A stretch of 64,000 bases of DNA from an uncultured Verrucomicrobiae bacterium (GTDB taxonomy: Bacteria > Verrucomicrobiota > Verrucomicrobiia > Limisphaerales > JAFGQR01): positions 1-64,000 of the forward strand of contig CAWBHS010000055.1 in the NCBI GenBank assembly GCA_963788655.1, in the 5' to 3' direction. The notes under the pieces were generated by a model that was not told the origin of the DNA, did no database searches, and worked only from the letters and a program-made list of their open reading frames with translations. Below, in pieces: positions 12,912-23,420 of this stretch. The position numbers were made by a program, and so were the translations under genes. Position 1 is the first letter of the stretch; each line of letters starts with the position of its first letter.

Positions 12912-14135
12912 ATGAAGAAATTCTCAATCATCGGTTTCGTTGTTCTGAGCACGGCAGCGACTGCATTGGCTTCGGATCAAAGGGGACACTATCCGATCAT
13001 CGGCACAGGGCAGACCCAGTGCTATGACAATTCCCACGCTATCGTCGCACCACAGCCGGGTCAGCCATTTTACGGTCAGGACGCACAACATCCCGGACCC
13101 ACGCCCGCTTACCGCGATAACGGCGATGGCACGGTGACCGATCTCAACACTGGCCTGATGTGGGTGCAGGCACGTGGTGAGAAGCTTACTTGGGATGCCG
13201 CGATGAAAGGAGCGAAAGCCTGTCGGGTCGGCGGTCATGCGGATTGGCGCGCCCCGACAATCAAGGAACTGTATTCGTTGATCCTGTTCACCGGCGAATG
13301 CCGCGGGCCGATGGCGACTTCGAAACCATTCCTCGACACAAATTACTTTCGTTTCGCTTACGGCGATGTTTCCAAAGGCGAGCGCCCGATTGACTGTCAG
13401 GATTGGAGCGCGACCGAGTATCTCGGCACGACGATGAATGGCAATCCCACCGTGTTCGGCGTGAACTTCGCCGATGGACGGATCAAGGGCTATCCCAAAA
13501 TCATGCGCCGCCGCGAAGGCCTGCGAAATAACCGACTCTACGTCCGCTACGTTCGCGGCAATCCAAACTATGGACACAGCAATTTCCACGACAATGGCGA
13601 CGGCACGATCACCGACCGCGCCACCGGATTAATGTGGTCCAAGGCCGACAGCGGCAACGGGATGAACTGGGAACAGGCGCTGGCTTATGCTGAACATCTC
13701 AAGCTGGCTGGTCACTACGACTGGCGATTGCCTAACGCCAAGGAACTGCAAAGTCTCGTGGACTACGACCGCTCGCCCGTGGCGGCGAATCCGGCAAAGC
13801 GTGGACCGGCGATTGCCCCGATCTTCCAATCGACGCAATTAGAAGACGGGGACTACCCCTTCTTCTGGTCGAGCACCACACATCTCGATGGACCGCCGGA
13901 TCGCGTCGGTAACGCGGCGGTGTATGTCGCGTTTGGTCGCGCCACGGGTTGGATGCAGTTCCCGCCGGGCTGGGGCGAATACCGTTTGCTCGATGTCCAT
14001 GGCGCCGGCGCGCAGCGGAGCGACCCGAAAGCCGGCAACCCGGCTGCCTTTCCCTACGGCCGCGGCCCGCAGGGAGATGTCATCCGGATCTACAACTACG
14101 CGCGTTGTGTGCGCGGGGGCGGGGCGAGCCATTGA
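12912..14135 (+). CDS. Secreted protein with two DUF1566 (Lcl C-terminal) domains
   Basis: Signal peptide; TGQTQCYD; twice DNGDGT.TD..TGLMW ... DWR.P..KEL.SL; ends YARCVRG. Confidence 0.88.
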   Translation: MKKFSIIGFVVLSTAATALASDQRGHYPIIGTGQTQCYDNSHAIVAPQPGQPFYGQDAQHPGPTPAYRDNGDGTVTDLNTGLMWVQARGEKLTWDAAMKGAKACRVGGHADWRAPTIKELYSLILFTGECRGPMATSKPFLDTNYFRFAYGDVSKGERPIDCQDWSATEYLGTTMNGNPTVFGVNFADGRIKGYPKIMRRREGLRNNRLYVRYVRGNPNYGHSNFHDNGDGTITDRATGLMWSKADSGNGMNWEQALAYAEHLKLAGHYDWRLPNAKELQSLVDYDRSPVAANPAKRGPAIAPIFQSTQLEDGDYPFFWSSTTHLDGPPDRVGNAAVYVAFGRATGWMQFPPGWGEYRLLDVHGAGAQRSDPKAGNPAAFPYGRGPQGDVIRIYNYARCVRGGGASH

Positions 14136-15692
14136 TTAGCCAGTCGCTGCGGGGGCTTCCTCTGTTGAAACGGTTCGGACGGGTGCCGTCAATCCTCGTT
14201 CAATCATCCGGGCGGGCAGTTCCGGTTTGCGATTCAATGTGCGTCGGCGGAAGGGACTGCTCAACAGTCTGAAAATGTCGAACCACTTCATGTGCCGGCC
14301 CAGAGTTCGGAGCAGCTTGAAGGTCTGCAGCGGACGCGCCAGGATGCGCCGGGAGAAGAGAATGGCATAGCCTTTCTGGCGAGCGCGGTTGACGGTTTCG
14401 CTGGGCAGCACCGTGGGGTCAATGTCGGAGCACTTGAACCATTTGTGCCAATCGCGGTCGTCATCAATGATGCCGCGTTCAAGGTATTCCTTCCATAAGG
14501 GAGTGCCGCGATAAACGCACAACCGGTTAAACCCGAACGTATCCAACTTCAACCGCGCCGCGAACCGGAAGCTATCCAGAATGTCCGTTTCGGTTTCCCC
14601 GGGCGAACCCACCAGGAAGAAACCGTGCGCCCGTTCAATCCCGTTGCGCTTGGCCTCGCTGACCGCGTGCTCGATTTGCGGCAGGGTCTGGCGCTTGTCG
14701 AGCCGGTCGAGAATCTTTTGCGTTCCCGATTCCACGCCAAACGCCAGGAAGTTGCAATTGGCGCGGCCCATGATGGGAAGTTGGTCCACCGCCACAGAGT
14801 CCACGCGGCCTTCACAACCCCATTTGAACTGCAACTTGCGGTCGATTATCCCCTGGCAAATGTCGCGGATGCGATCACGTTTCAGCAGAAAGTGATCATC
14901 CGTGAGGTAGATGGAGCGGTAGCCCTGATCATTGAGCTGCTGCATTTCTCCCAACACATGCTCCGGCGACCGGAAGCGCCATTTGCCGTCCGTCAGCGCC
15001 GGGATGTCGCAGTAAATGCAGGTGTAAGGACAACCCCGGGATGTCTGCATCGTGCAGAATTTCTCCAGCGATAACACAGCCGGCACGTCCAACGGTAGTG
15101 ATTCGATGTAGTCCACCGGCAGCGTCGTCCGGTCGGGATACGGGAACTGGTCCAGGTTCCGGATGATGGGACGCGGGGCATTCCGCACAATTTCCTGGCC
15201 CCGGCGCCAGATCAATCCGGCCACGGCGGCCGGTTGGTCGAGATGGTCCAAGAAGTCCGGCAGCAGTTCCTCCCCTTCGCCGACGCCCACGCAATCAATG
15301 TCGGCGCAATCTTTCAGGATCCGTTCCTGGTTCATCGTCGCGAACACTCCCCCAACGATCACGGGTACCTGCGGGATTTCGGACTTGATTACGCGGGCCA
15401 TGCTCTTGGTTCCGGGATAAGTCGTCGTGGAGAGAAACGAAATGGCCACGGCGTCCGGCGGATCGTCCCGGAGGGCTTGCGCGATGTCGGGTTCCTTCAT
15501 CTGCGGATGGCACGTGTCGAACATCCGCACCTGATGGCCATGCGTGCGCAGCACGGGCGCAAGCGTTTCGATGCCCAGTGGCGGGAATCCCATCACTTTA
15601 ACCCGCCGGTCTCCCGGCTTCGAGCCGCCCAGATCCTCCGGCAGCAGGCGATAGAAGTTCTCGTCGTTTACGTAGATGAGGAAGATTTTCAT
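14136..15692 (-). CDS. Cobalamin-binding radical SAM enzyme (class B methyltransferase-like)
   Basis: PPLG motif and VIVGGVFAT...GEGE (B12 domain), TSRGCPYTCIYC (CxxxCxxC), FGVESG. Start set at MKIFLIY. Confidence 0.9.
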   Translation of the reverse strand: MKIFLIYVNDENFYRLLPEDLGGSKPGDRRVKVMGFPPLGIETLAPVLRTHGHQVRMFDTCHPQMKEPDIAQALRDDPPDAVAISFLSTTTYPGTKSMARVIKSEIPQVPVIVGGVFATMNQERILKDCADIDCVGVGEGEELLPDFLDHLDQPAAVAGLIWRRGQEIVRNAPRPIIRNLDQFPYPDRTTLPVDYIESLPLDVPAVLSLEKFCTMQTSRGCPYTCIYCDIPALTDGKWRFRSPEHVLGEMQQLNDQGYRSIYLTDDHFLLKRDRIRDICQGIIDRKLQFKWGCEGRVDSVAVDQLPIMGRANCNFLAFGVESGTQKILDRLDKRQTLPQIEHAVSEAKRNGIERAHGFFLVGSPGETETDILDSFRFAARLKLDTFGFNRLCVYRGTPLWKEYLERGIIDDDRDWHKWFKCSDIDPTVLPSETVNRARQKGYAILFSRRILARPLQTFKLLRTLGRHMKWFDIFRLLSSPFRRRTLNRKPELPARMIERGLTAPVRTVSTEEAPAATG

Positions 15693-15969
15693 AACGAGTG
15701 ATGAAATTGACGGCCGGCAGTTTGCCCCGGCACGAAGACAGGATCGACTCCGAGAAGGATTACAATCCACCCCGCGGTCGGCATAAAATAATTCCACAAT
15801 CAGCACAATTGGCGCTAATCCTAGCCTCCCAAGCAGCGGATGCAACAACTTTTATCGGGTGCGGGTAGTTCGGTGCGGCAGGCTGGCATGTTGTTGGGTA
15901 TGAGACGATCACAGTCAAGGTTCATTGAGGAAAAGGTGTCACTATTGCCGCGGGCGTTGCTGCGGATGG

Positions 15970-17334
15970 TCAAAAGATTTGCACGCCCAGCATGTTCAGC
16001 AGGACGAAGAGGATCACAATCGGACAGATGAACTTGACGAACACGGCCCAGATTTGTGCCGGGGTGATCGAGCCTATCAAGGGGCGAGTGAATCCGGGAC
16101 AGCCTTGTTCGATTTCCTTGATGGCGTTGGGAGTCTTCCAAATCCAGCCCACGTAAATGCTGCACAAGAAGGCGATGACCACGATGACCGCCGTTCCAAA
16201 GACATAATCCATGATGTCCAGGAAGCCGGAATGGCCGAAAATCTTCACGTCGGTCAACCACCGATTCCCGCCTTGTGAGAGACACGAGGGCAATCCCACC
16301 AGAAAGGCCAACCCGCCCACGACCCAGGCCGAAACGTTGCGCGCTTTCCGTTGCTCATCCACGATATAGCCGACCGGCACTTCCAACATACTGATCGAGG
16401 AAGTCAGCGCGGCGATGGTCAGTAAAATGAAGAACAAGCCGCCGAACAATTCGCCGGCGGGCATCTTCTCGAAGACCGCGGGCAGGGTCTTGAAAGTCAA
16501 CGCAGTGCCTTCACCGGGATCCATCCCGAAGGCAAACACCGCCGGGAACACCATGAACCCGCCCATCAAGGCGACCAGGGTGTCCATGCCAGCCACCCAA
16601 ATTCCGTTGGCCACGATGTTTTGCGATTTGGGGAGATACGAGCCGTAGGTGATCATCAACCCCCAGCCCACGCTCAGGGAAAAGAAAGCCTGGCCCAGCG
16701 CCTTCAAGATGACGTGGCCGTTGATCTTGCTGAAGTCAGGTTTCAGGTAATACTCGATGCCCGCCATGGCCCCTTTGAGCGTGACGCTCCGCACGATGAC
16801 CACGAGGATGGCCACAAACAGTAGGGGCATCAGCACTTTGGACCAGCGTTCGATGCCTTTCTCGATGCCACCTCGGACAATCAGGATGGTCAGCACAAGG
16901 AACAGACCAAACAGCGGAATGACATAAAGCGGATTGGCGGCAAAAGCTTCGAACGCCACATCCTTATGGGCCAGGGAGGTCAACGCGTATCCAATCGCCC
17001 ATCCGGCAATCACGCTGTAATAACTCAACACGAAGAAGCAGCAGGCAATGCACAGCACGCCGGTGATGATGAAGGGCGTGCCCGGCACCGTCGCTGGAAA
17101 GGCGCCAACTGGATCTTTGCCACTGCTGCGGCCCAAAGCCAGTTCATTGATCAGCAGCGGCACTCCGACAAAAAAGACGCAGCAAAGATAGACCACCACA
17201 AAGGCCGCGCCACCATTCTCGCCCGTGATATAGGGGAAGCGCCAGATGTTCCCCAGGCCCACGGCGGAACCGGAGGCCGCCATGATAAAACCCAGTTTTG
17301 ACTTCCAATGATCGCGTTGGACCGGTGGTTGCAT
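15970..17334 (-). CDS. Sodium-dependent transporter, neurotransmitter:sodium symporter (NSS/SNF) family
   Basis: GSAVGLGNIWRFPY, NGGAAF, ALGQAFFSLSVG, AALTSSISMLE; about 11 TM segments. Confidence 0.95.
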   Translation of the reverse strand: MQPPVQRDHWKSKLGFIMAASGSAVGLGNIWRFPYITGENGGAAFVVVYLCCVFFVGVPLLINELALGRSSGKDPVGAFPATVPGTPFIITGVLCIACCFFVLSYYSVIAGWAIGYALTSLAHKDVAFEAFAANPLYVIPLFGLFLVLTILIVRGGIEKGIERWSKVLMPLLFVAILVVIVRSVTLKGAMAGIEYYLKPDFSKINGHVILKALGQAFFSLSVGWGLMITYGSYLPKSQNIVANGIWVAGMDTLVALMGGFMVFPAVFAFGMDPGEGTALTFKTLPAVFEKMPAGELFGGLFFILLTIAALTSSISMLEVPVGYIVDEQRKARNVSAWVVGGLAFLVGLPSCLSQGGNRWLTDVKIFGHSGFLDIMDYVFGTAVIVVIAFLCSIYVGWIWKTPNAIKEIEQGCPGFTRPLIGSITPAQIWAVFVKFICPIVILFVLLNMLGVQIF

Positions 17335-17625
17335 GCGGGGGTTTTAGAAGCAACCGCGCCAATGGTCAAAACCAATGTGTAACTCCGAATCCCGAACCCC
17401 GCATTCCGAAGGAAATCCGGAAACCGATTCCCGAAAGGGAAATCTCAGTTTGATCCGGTGCCAGGCCCCCAGGGTGGAGTCCATCAGATGCACAGTTTCG
17501 GCCTTCGGGTTTGACCGCTCGCCTGCAAAACCTTCCCGGCAGACTTCAGCCCTTGGCCCGGAAAAATTCCGCCATTCGCGGTAAGTGCCGGCGCTTTCTT
17601 CAGCAAAACGGAAGATTCTGCCCGC

Positions 17626-17641
17626 TGGTACGTCCGTTGCT
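17626..17641 (+). promoter_or_regulatory. Sigma54 (-24/-12) promoter upstream of fliQ
   Basis: TGGTACG-TCCG-TTGCT: GG and GC exactly 10 nt apart, one mismatch to TGGCACG-N4-TTGCW, 78 nt before the fliQ ATG. Confidence 0.7.
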
Positions 17642-17718
17642 CATCAGGCTGCAAAAATAACCGTGTCGGTGTAACGGCGGGACCGCAAGGGATGGCGGCG
17701 GACCGCCCGGGTGTAATT

Positions 17719-17988
17719 ATGAATCCGGAATTTGCAATCGAATTGCTCAGAAGCTTGATGTTCCAGGCGGTATCACTGGCGGCGCCCATCCTGTTGACGG
17801 CGATGTTGATCGGCTTGTGCATCAGCCTGTTTCAGGCCGTCACCACCATCAGCGAGCAAACTCTGACCTTTGTGCCCAAAGCGCTGGGGATCGTGGTGCT
17901 GTTGATTGTGTTGCTGCCCTGGTTCCTGCGTTCGACGATCGAATTCGCCACGTTGATCATCGAAAAGATCCCCCAAATGGTGAACTAG
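17719..17988 (+). CDS. fliQ: Flagellar export protein FliQ
   Basis: 89 aa; GLCISLFQAVTTISEQTLTFVPK; flagellar context. Confidence 0.93.
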   Translation: MNPEFAIELLRSLMFQAVSLAAPILLTAMLIGLCISLFQAVTTISEQTLTFVPKALGIVVLLIVLLPWFLRSTIEFATLIIEKIPQMVN

Positions 17989-17996
17989 AGCGAGGA

Positions 17997-18761
17997 ATGC
18001 CATTTGATCTTATAACGTGGGTGTTGGTGTTTTTGCGAGTGGGCGCGCTGCTGGCCTTCTTCCCTCTGTTTTCCATGAGCAATTTCCCGGTGCGGCTGCG
18101 CGTGGCCCTGGCCGCACTGACCGCCCTGCTCGTGACGCCCTGGCTGCCGCCGCTGGCCGTCGCGCCGAAAACATTGTTGGGTTTGACGGGCCTGATGGCG
18201 TCGGAAATTGGCATTGGATTACTGCTGGGATTCATCGTCCGGCTGTTGTTTTTCACCGTGGAATTTGCCGGCAGCGTCATCTCAATGGAAATCGGCCTGA
18301 ACATGGCGGCGTCGATGAGCCCGATGAGCAGTGCCCGCAGCGAAGTGCCGGGCCTGATCCTGTTTTACTTGGCGGCCATGCTCTTTCTCGCGTTGGACCT
18401 GCACCATTGGATACTGGTGGCGTTCCAGCGCAGCTACCAGGTGCTGCCCATCGGCGGCGCCCACCTGGGGCCAGCCCTGCTAAGCGACCTGGTCGGCCGC
18501 ATCAGCCAACTCTTTGTTGTGGGCGTCTTGATCGCGGCGCCGGTGATTGCGGTGGCGTTCCTGGTCAACCTGGTGTTCTCGGTCATTGGCCGCGCGGTGC
18601 CGCAGGTGAACATCTTCATTGAGAGCTTTGCCTTCCGCATCCTGACGGGAATGGCGGTGCTGGGCCTGACGTTGCCGGTGATGTCCCAGCATATTGTGAA
18701 CTATTTGCGCCGGTTGCCGGACGATTTGATGCGGGTGGCGCATCTACTGGGCAGCGGCTGA
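17997..18761 (+). CDS. fliR: Flagellar export protein FliR
   Basis: Hydrophobic 254 aa; P.F....P.R.R, EIGIG, FAG..I..EIG, RAVPQVNIF; RBS gagg upstream. Confidence 0.93.
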   Translation: MPFDLITWVLVFLRVGALLAFFPLFSMSNFPVRLRVALAALTALLVTPWLPPLAVAPKTLLGLTGLMASEIGIGLLLGFIVRLLFFTVEFAGSVISMEIGLNMAASMSPMSSARSEVPGLILFYLAAMLFLALDLHHWILVAFQRSYQVLPIGGAHLGPALLSDLVGRISQLFVVGVLIAAPVIAVAFLVNLVFSVIGRAVPQVNIFIESFAFRILTGMAVLGLTLPVMSQHIVNYLRRLPDDLMRVAHLLGSG

Positions 18762-18784
18762 CGGGTACTGCCTCCCCTTGACGT

Positions 18785-19900
18785 ATGGCCGAACACGACA
18801 GTGTAAGCGAGAAGACCGAGCAACCAACGCACCGCAAGTTGGAAGACGCCCTTAAGAAGGGGCAAATTCCGCGCAGTAGCGAGGTGCAAACGGTGTTCGT
18901 GCTGCTGGGTGGTTTGTTCGCGCTCATGTTCACCGGGGCCGAAAGCTGGCGGTCCTTGTCGGTGGCGTGCGTTGGCACGTTGGGGCATCTGCACGAGCTG
19001 CCCCTGTCCTTCGGTGTCATGCAATCCTATCTCATCAACGGTTCGCTGCTGATGGCCAAGTGCGCCGGGCCGATTGTGCTGGCGGCGATGATGGGCGGTT
19101 TGTTGGCGGGCGGCATCCAAAGCCGGTTCCAGACTGCCAGCGACGTTCTGGGCCTGAAATGGGAACGGCTCAACCCAGCGCAAGGGGTCAAGCGCCTGTT
19201 TTCTTTGAATTCCGTTACCACCGTTTCGATTGGCCTGTTGAAGTTGGCGACCATAATTGCGCTGACTTACAACCAAGTGCGCGCCGTGCTGGCGGACCCG
19301 ATTTTCTATTCCAGTGTCAGCGTGGGCCGCGTGGCGACATTCATGGGACACACCGCCCTGGGAATTCTGGCACGCGTGATTTTGGCCATGATGGTGATTG
19401 CCGCCCTGGATTACGCCTACCAGTTCTGGCGCAACCAACGCGACCTGATGATGACCCGCGAAGAAGTGAAGGAGGAAAACAAAAACACCGAGGGCAATCC
19501 CCAGGTCCGCGGCCGTATGCGTAATCGTGCCAAGCGCCTTTCCCGGGACAAGATGTTGCAGGACGTGCGCCAGGCCGACGTGGTGGTGGTGAACCCGGTG
19601 CGGCTGGCCATTGCCTTGCGGTATGATCGCAAAGCAATGAAAGCTCCGCGCGTGGTGGCCAAGGGCTCGCGGCTCAATGCGCAACGCATCAAGGAAGTGG
19701 CCCGGCAATTCCAGGTGCCCATCACGGAGAACAAACCGCTGGCCCGCTTGCTGTTCAGGTATGGCCGGGTGGGCGCCGAAATTCCGGCACAACTCTACGC
19801 GGCCGTCGCGGAGATTCTTGCCTGGGTCTATCGCGTCAACCGTTACCGGTATTATGCCGAAGAAAACCAAGCCAGCCCCACGGGAGGTCCGTTGCCATGA
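18785..19900 (+). CDS. flhB: Flagellar export switch protein FlhB
   Basis: EKTEQPT.RKL..A..KGQIPRS, MTREEVKEE.KNTEGNP, ADVVVVNP, AP.VVAKG, LYAAVAEILA. Confidence 0.95.
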   Translation: MAEHDSVSEKTEQPTHRKLEDALKKGQIPRSSEVQTVFVLLGGLFALMFTGAESWRSLSVACVGTLGHLHELPLSFGVMQSYLINGSLLMAKCAGPIVLAAMMGGLLAGGIQSRFQTASDVLGLKWERLNPAQGVKRLFSLNSVTTVSIGLLKLATIIALTYNQVRAVLADPIFYSSVSVGRVATFMGHTALGILARVILAMMVIAALDYAYQFWRNQRDLMMTREEVKEENKNTEGNPQVRGRMRNRAKRLSRDKMLQDVRQADVVVVNPVRLAIALRYDRKAMKAPRVVAKGSRLNAQRIKEVARQFQVPITENKPLARLLFRYGRVGAEIPAQLYAAVAEILAWVYRVNRYRYYAEENQASPTGGPLP

Positions 19901-19936
19901 ACCGGCTGATTTGCTTTGACTCATTCCGCCCCCGCC

Positions 19937-22056
19937 ATGGCTGCTAACCGCAAATCACTATTCTCGTTGTTGCTCGGCCAGGGTGATCTTTGGCTGGTGG
20001 CCGGTCTGTTTGGGACGATCCTGTTGCTGATCTTCCCGGTACCGGCGTTCTTGCTGGACGGTCTGCTGGCTACCAGCGTGGCCCTGTCCATGTTGATTTT
20101 GCTGGTCATCCTTTATTTGCGGGAACCGGCTGATTTTACCGGCTTCCCCACGTTGCTGCTGTTTGTCACGCTGTTCCGCCTGGCGCTGAATGTGGCCACC
20201 ACGCGGTTGATTCTGTTGAATGGTTACGCGGGCCACATCATCGAGGCGTTTGGCAACTTTGTGGTGCGGGCAATTACGTGGTGGGGCTGGTGGTGTTTCT
20301 CATCCTGGTGTTGATCAATTTTGTCGTCATCACCAAAGGCGCGGGGCGCATTGCCGAGGTGTCCGCGCGGTTCACCCTCGATGCCATGCCCGGCAAACAA
20401 ATGGCGATGGACGCGGAATTGAACGCGGGCGTAATCAATGAAGTGGAGGCCCGCACCCGCCGTCGCAAGTTGGACGAGGAGGCGGACTTCTATGGCGCCA
20501 TGGACGGCGCCAGCAAGTTCGTGCGGGGCGACGCGATTGCCGCCATTCTGATCACATTGGTCAACGTGCTGGGCGGCTTTGCCATCGGCATCCTGCAAAA
20601 AGGCATGACCATGGGCGAGTCCTTGCAACGGTTCACGCTGTTGTCCATCGGGGATGGTTTGGTCTCGCAAATCCCGGCCCTGATCACCTCCACGGCGGCG
20701 GGTATCCTCGTCACCCGCGCGGCTTCAAAGGACGATCTGGGCCGTGACTTGAGCCGGCAACTGCTGTTTTACCCGCGGGCGATGAGCGCCTTGTCCGGGA
20801 TGCTGGCGATCATGTCCATCATACCGGGACTGCCGACCTTGCCGTTCCTGGTGTTGGCGGGCGGCACCGGCGGAATGGCGTACGCACTGCACAAGAACCG
20901 GGGCCTGTTGGACAAGGCGCCAGAGGAATCCGGCTCCGATGCGGCCAAAGCGTCCAAGTCGGGCAAAGCGGGCCAGCCGGGCGAGTCCAAGCCGGCTACC
21001 GGTGCGGCGACCGAATTGGCCAACCTGCTCAACCTCGATGCGCTGCAAATCGAATTGGGTTACGGTTTGGTTTGTCTGGCGGACACGCGCAAAGGAGGCG
21101 ACTTGCTCGAACGCGTCACCGGCGTGCGCCGGTCGTTTGCGCAGGAAATGGGCCTCATCATTCCACCCATCCGGCTGCGGGACAATTTGCAGCTCAAGCA
21201 GAACGAGTATCGGTTTGTGCTCAAGGGCAATCCGGCGGCACGCGGCGAACTGATGCCCGGCTACTGGCTGGCGATGAACGCCACGAACAGCCGCCGGGAA
21301 CTCAAAGGCGTGCCCACCGTCGAACCGGTCTTCCAACTGCCCGCCACCTGGGTTACCGACGCCGAACGGAAGGCCGCGGAGATCGCCGGTTACACCGTGG
21401 TTGATTCGGCTTCAGTGCTGGTGACGCACTTGTCCGAAACGGTCCGGCGGCATTGCCACGAAATCCTCAGTCGCCAGGACGTGCAGGGCCTGTTGGATCA
21501 TTTGAAGGAAACGCATCCCACGGTGGTCAACGAATTGATCCCGGCCCAGTTGAACGTGGGCCAAGTCCAGCGCGTGCTTCAGAACCTGCTGGCTGAAGGC
21601 ATCGCGATCCGCAACCTGGCCGGCATCTTGGAGCGGGTGAGCGATTGCGCGGCCATGACCAAGAATCCGGACGAGCTTTCCGAATACGCCCGCCGGGCCT
21701 TGGGGGCGCAACTCACCAAGCCGTATCAGGCGGACAACGGCACCATGCCCGCGCTGACCCTGGATCCGCGGTTGGAGCAGCAAATCGCCCAGGGCTTGCG
21801 CCAGACCACGACTGAAGTGGCCTTGACCATGGAACCGCGGTTGGCGCGGCATCTGATGGACAAATTGTCGAAGGCCATCCAGCAAATGCTCTCTGCCGGG
21901 CAGCATCCGGTCGTGCTCTGTTCGCCCCACATTCGTTTGGCCTTCCGGCGGTTCTTCGAGACGACGTTTGCCGAACTGGCCGTGCTGTCTTACGCGGAGA
22001 TACCGCCGAAGGTTGAAGTCCAAAGCGTCGGCGTGATTCCGTGCCCGGAAGGTTAA
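19937..22056 (+). CDS. flhA: Flagellar export protein FlhA (one G missing in the run at ~20268-20270)
   Basis: FPTLLL..TLFRLALNVATTRLIL, then RIAEVSARFTLDAMPGKQMA.DAELNAG, FYGAMDGASKFVRGDA, IGDGLVSQIP, VLSY.EI. Adding one G restores VVRGNYV. Confidence 0.95.
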
Positions 22057-22085
22057 TGATGTTCGGATCGGAACTGTGAATTGAC

Positions 22086-23372
22086 ATGAATCCGCCGCCC
22101 GAAAAGCAGAAACAAACCGCCAACTTTCAGGCCGCCATGCATACGGCGCAATCGCGGATGTTGTCTGCGAAATCTGCCCGTCTTCAAAATCGCGAATCCA
22201 CCCCAGCAGCCCCGCCGGAGCCGCCATCTCGCGAAGCCGCCCTCAACAAGGTTCTGCAACAAATTGGCCAGTTGAACCGGCAGATGAAACGCCTCGGGAC
22301 CAGTAGCGAAAAGCATCTCGCACCGCCACTGCCGACTGAGCATGCTGCGTTGCCGGCGAACCGGTTCATGCCCCAGATTAGCGCGCCAATTTCGCCCGCG
22401 GGAACCGCCGGTTCAATCGGTGCGTCTGCGAAGCCGCAATCCTCTCCGTTCGTCCGGAAGGCCGCAACGTCCGAAACCGCCGGTCCGGCCAGTGCTCCCG
22501 CAGTGGCGCAGATCCTACCGCGCGCGTGGCAATCAACTCCCAATCGCGCAGACCATTCTTCGGTCAAGCATTGCGAGCGGCAATCCGGTGAACAGCGACT
22601 TGAAACCACGTTGGAATCCTTTGGTTTGCTGCCGGAATACGCCGCCAAGCTGGCCCAGCAAATCCATGCGCAGGGTGGCCCTGCGTCACTGGCTTCATTG
22701 GACGAACAGTTCGCCTTGGCGCGTCAGGGATTGATTGACGCGTGGCGGACGGCCGATCACGCGGCGGCCGATTCCACATCACCGGTCCATGTGTTCATTG
22801 GCGCGCCGGGAGCCGGCAAGACGACTTGCTTGGACAAATGGCTGGCGCGGGCGGTATTGCTCGAAGGCCATTCTGCGCACGTTTGGCGCCTGGATGGCCG
22901 CCTGGCCAACACCGCTGAGGCGTTAAGTGTTTACGCCGAGATCCTGGGCGTGCCGGTGCATCGCGCCTGGCCTCAATCGACGCTGCCCGAAGCCGAGTTG
23001 CACCTGGTGGACTTGCCCGGGGTGGACTGGCGTGAGGCCGGGGCAGTCCAGGAATTGGCGGAGCGGCTTCAGTTGTTTCGCGCGGCGCGGATTCACTTGG
23101 TGCTGAATGCGGCGTATGAACCGCGATTGTGGTTGGAGCAAGTGGCCGTCTTCGGTGGATTGCCGGTGCAAGATTTGATCGTCACCCATCTCGATGAAGA
23201 ACTCCGGTGGGGCAAATTGTGGAATTTGGTTCTGGGGACAAATTACGCGTTAAGCTTCCTCAGTGCCGGGCAAAATGTGCCCGGAGAATTCCACGTCGCG
23301 GCGCCGGAGCTTTTGCTGCCGGATGGTTCCGGTTCAAACGCTCGCATTTATGCGCCGAGCACGCCGGACTGA
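22086..23372 (+). CDS. flhF: FlhF-like SRP-family GTPase, divergent
   Basis: Follows flhA; GAPGAGKTT P-loop, VDLPG, THLDE, GQNVP. Confidence 0.7.
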   Translation: MNPPPEKQKQTANFQAAMHTAQSRMLSAKSARLQNRESTPAAPPEPPSREAALNKVLQQIGQLNRQMKRLGTSSEKHLAPPLPTEHAALPANRFMPQISAPISPAGTAGSIGASAKPQSSPFVRKAATSETAGPASAPAVAQILPRAWQSTPNRADHSSVKHCERQSGEQRLETTLESFGLLPEYAAKLAQQIHAQGGPASLASLDEQFALARQGLIDAWRTADHAAADSTSPVHVFIGAPGAGKTTCLDKWLARAVLLEGHSAHVWRLDGRLANTAEALSVYAEILGVPVHRAWPQSTLPEAELHLVDLPGVDWREAGAVQELAERLQLFRAARIHLVLNAAYEPRLWLEQVAVFGGLPVQDLIVTHLDEELRWGKLWNLVLGTNYALSFLSAGQNVPGEFHVAAPELLLPDGSGSNARIYAPSTPD

Positions 23373-23378
23373 GCCTGC

Positions 23379-23394
23379 TGGCAACACTTCTGCT
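23379..23394 (+). promoter_or_regulatory. Probable sigma54 promoter upstream of orf-fliA-motAB
   Basis: TGGCAAC-ACTT-CTGCT with correct GG-N10-GC spacing, in the 48-nt gap after flhF. Confidence 0.55.
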
Positions 23395-23420
23395 CAATTC
23401 CCCGTGACGGGTAGTTACTT

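Noticed and set aside
17380..17515. Degenerate tccgaa/ttcgg short repeats upstream of the NSS transporter
   Set aside because: Possibly another decayed inverted element or activator sites, but too degenerate to define.
8900..22056. Calling the split regulator, ASST gene and flhA pseudogenes
   Set aside because: The breaks I could reconstruct are single-base indels (for example a G run in flhA) with conserved motifs intact on both sides; sequencing error is more likely.
17719..22056. Non-flagellar type III secretion system
   Set aside because: Linked flhF, fliA and motAB identify the export genes as flagellar.
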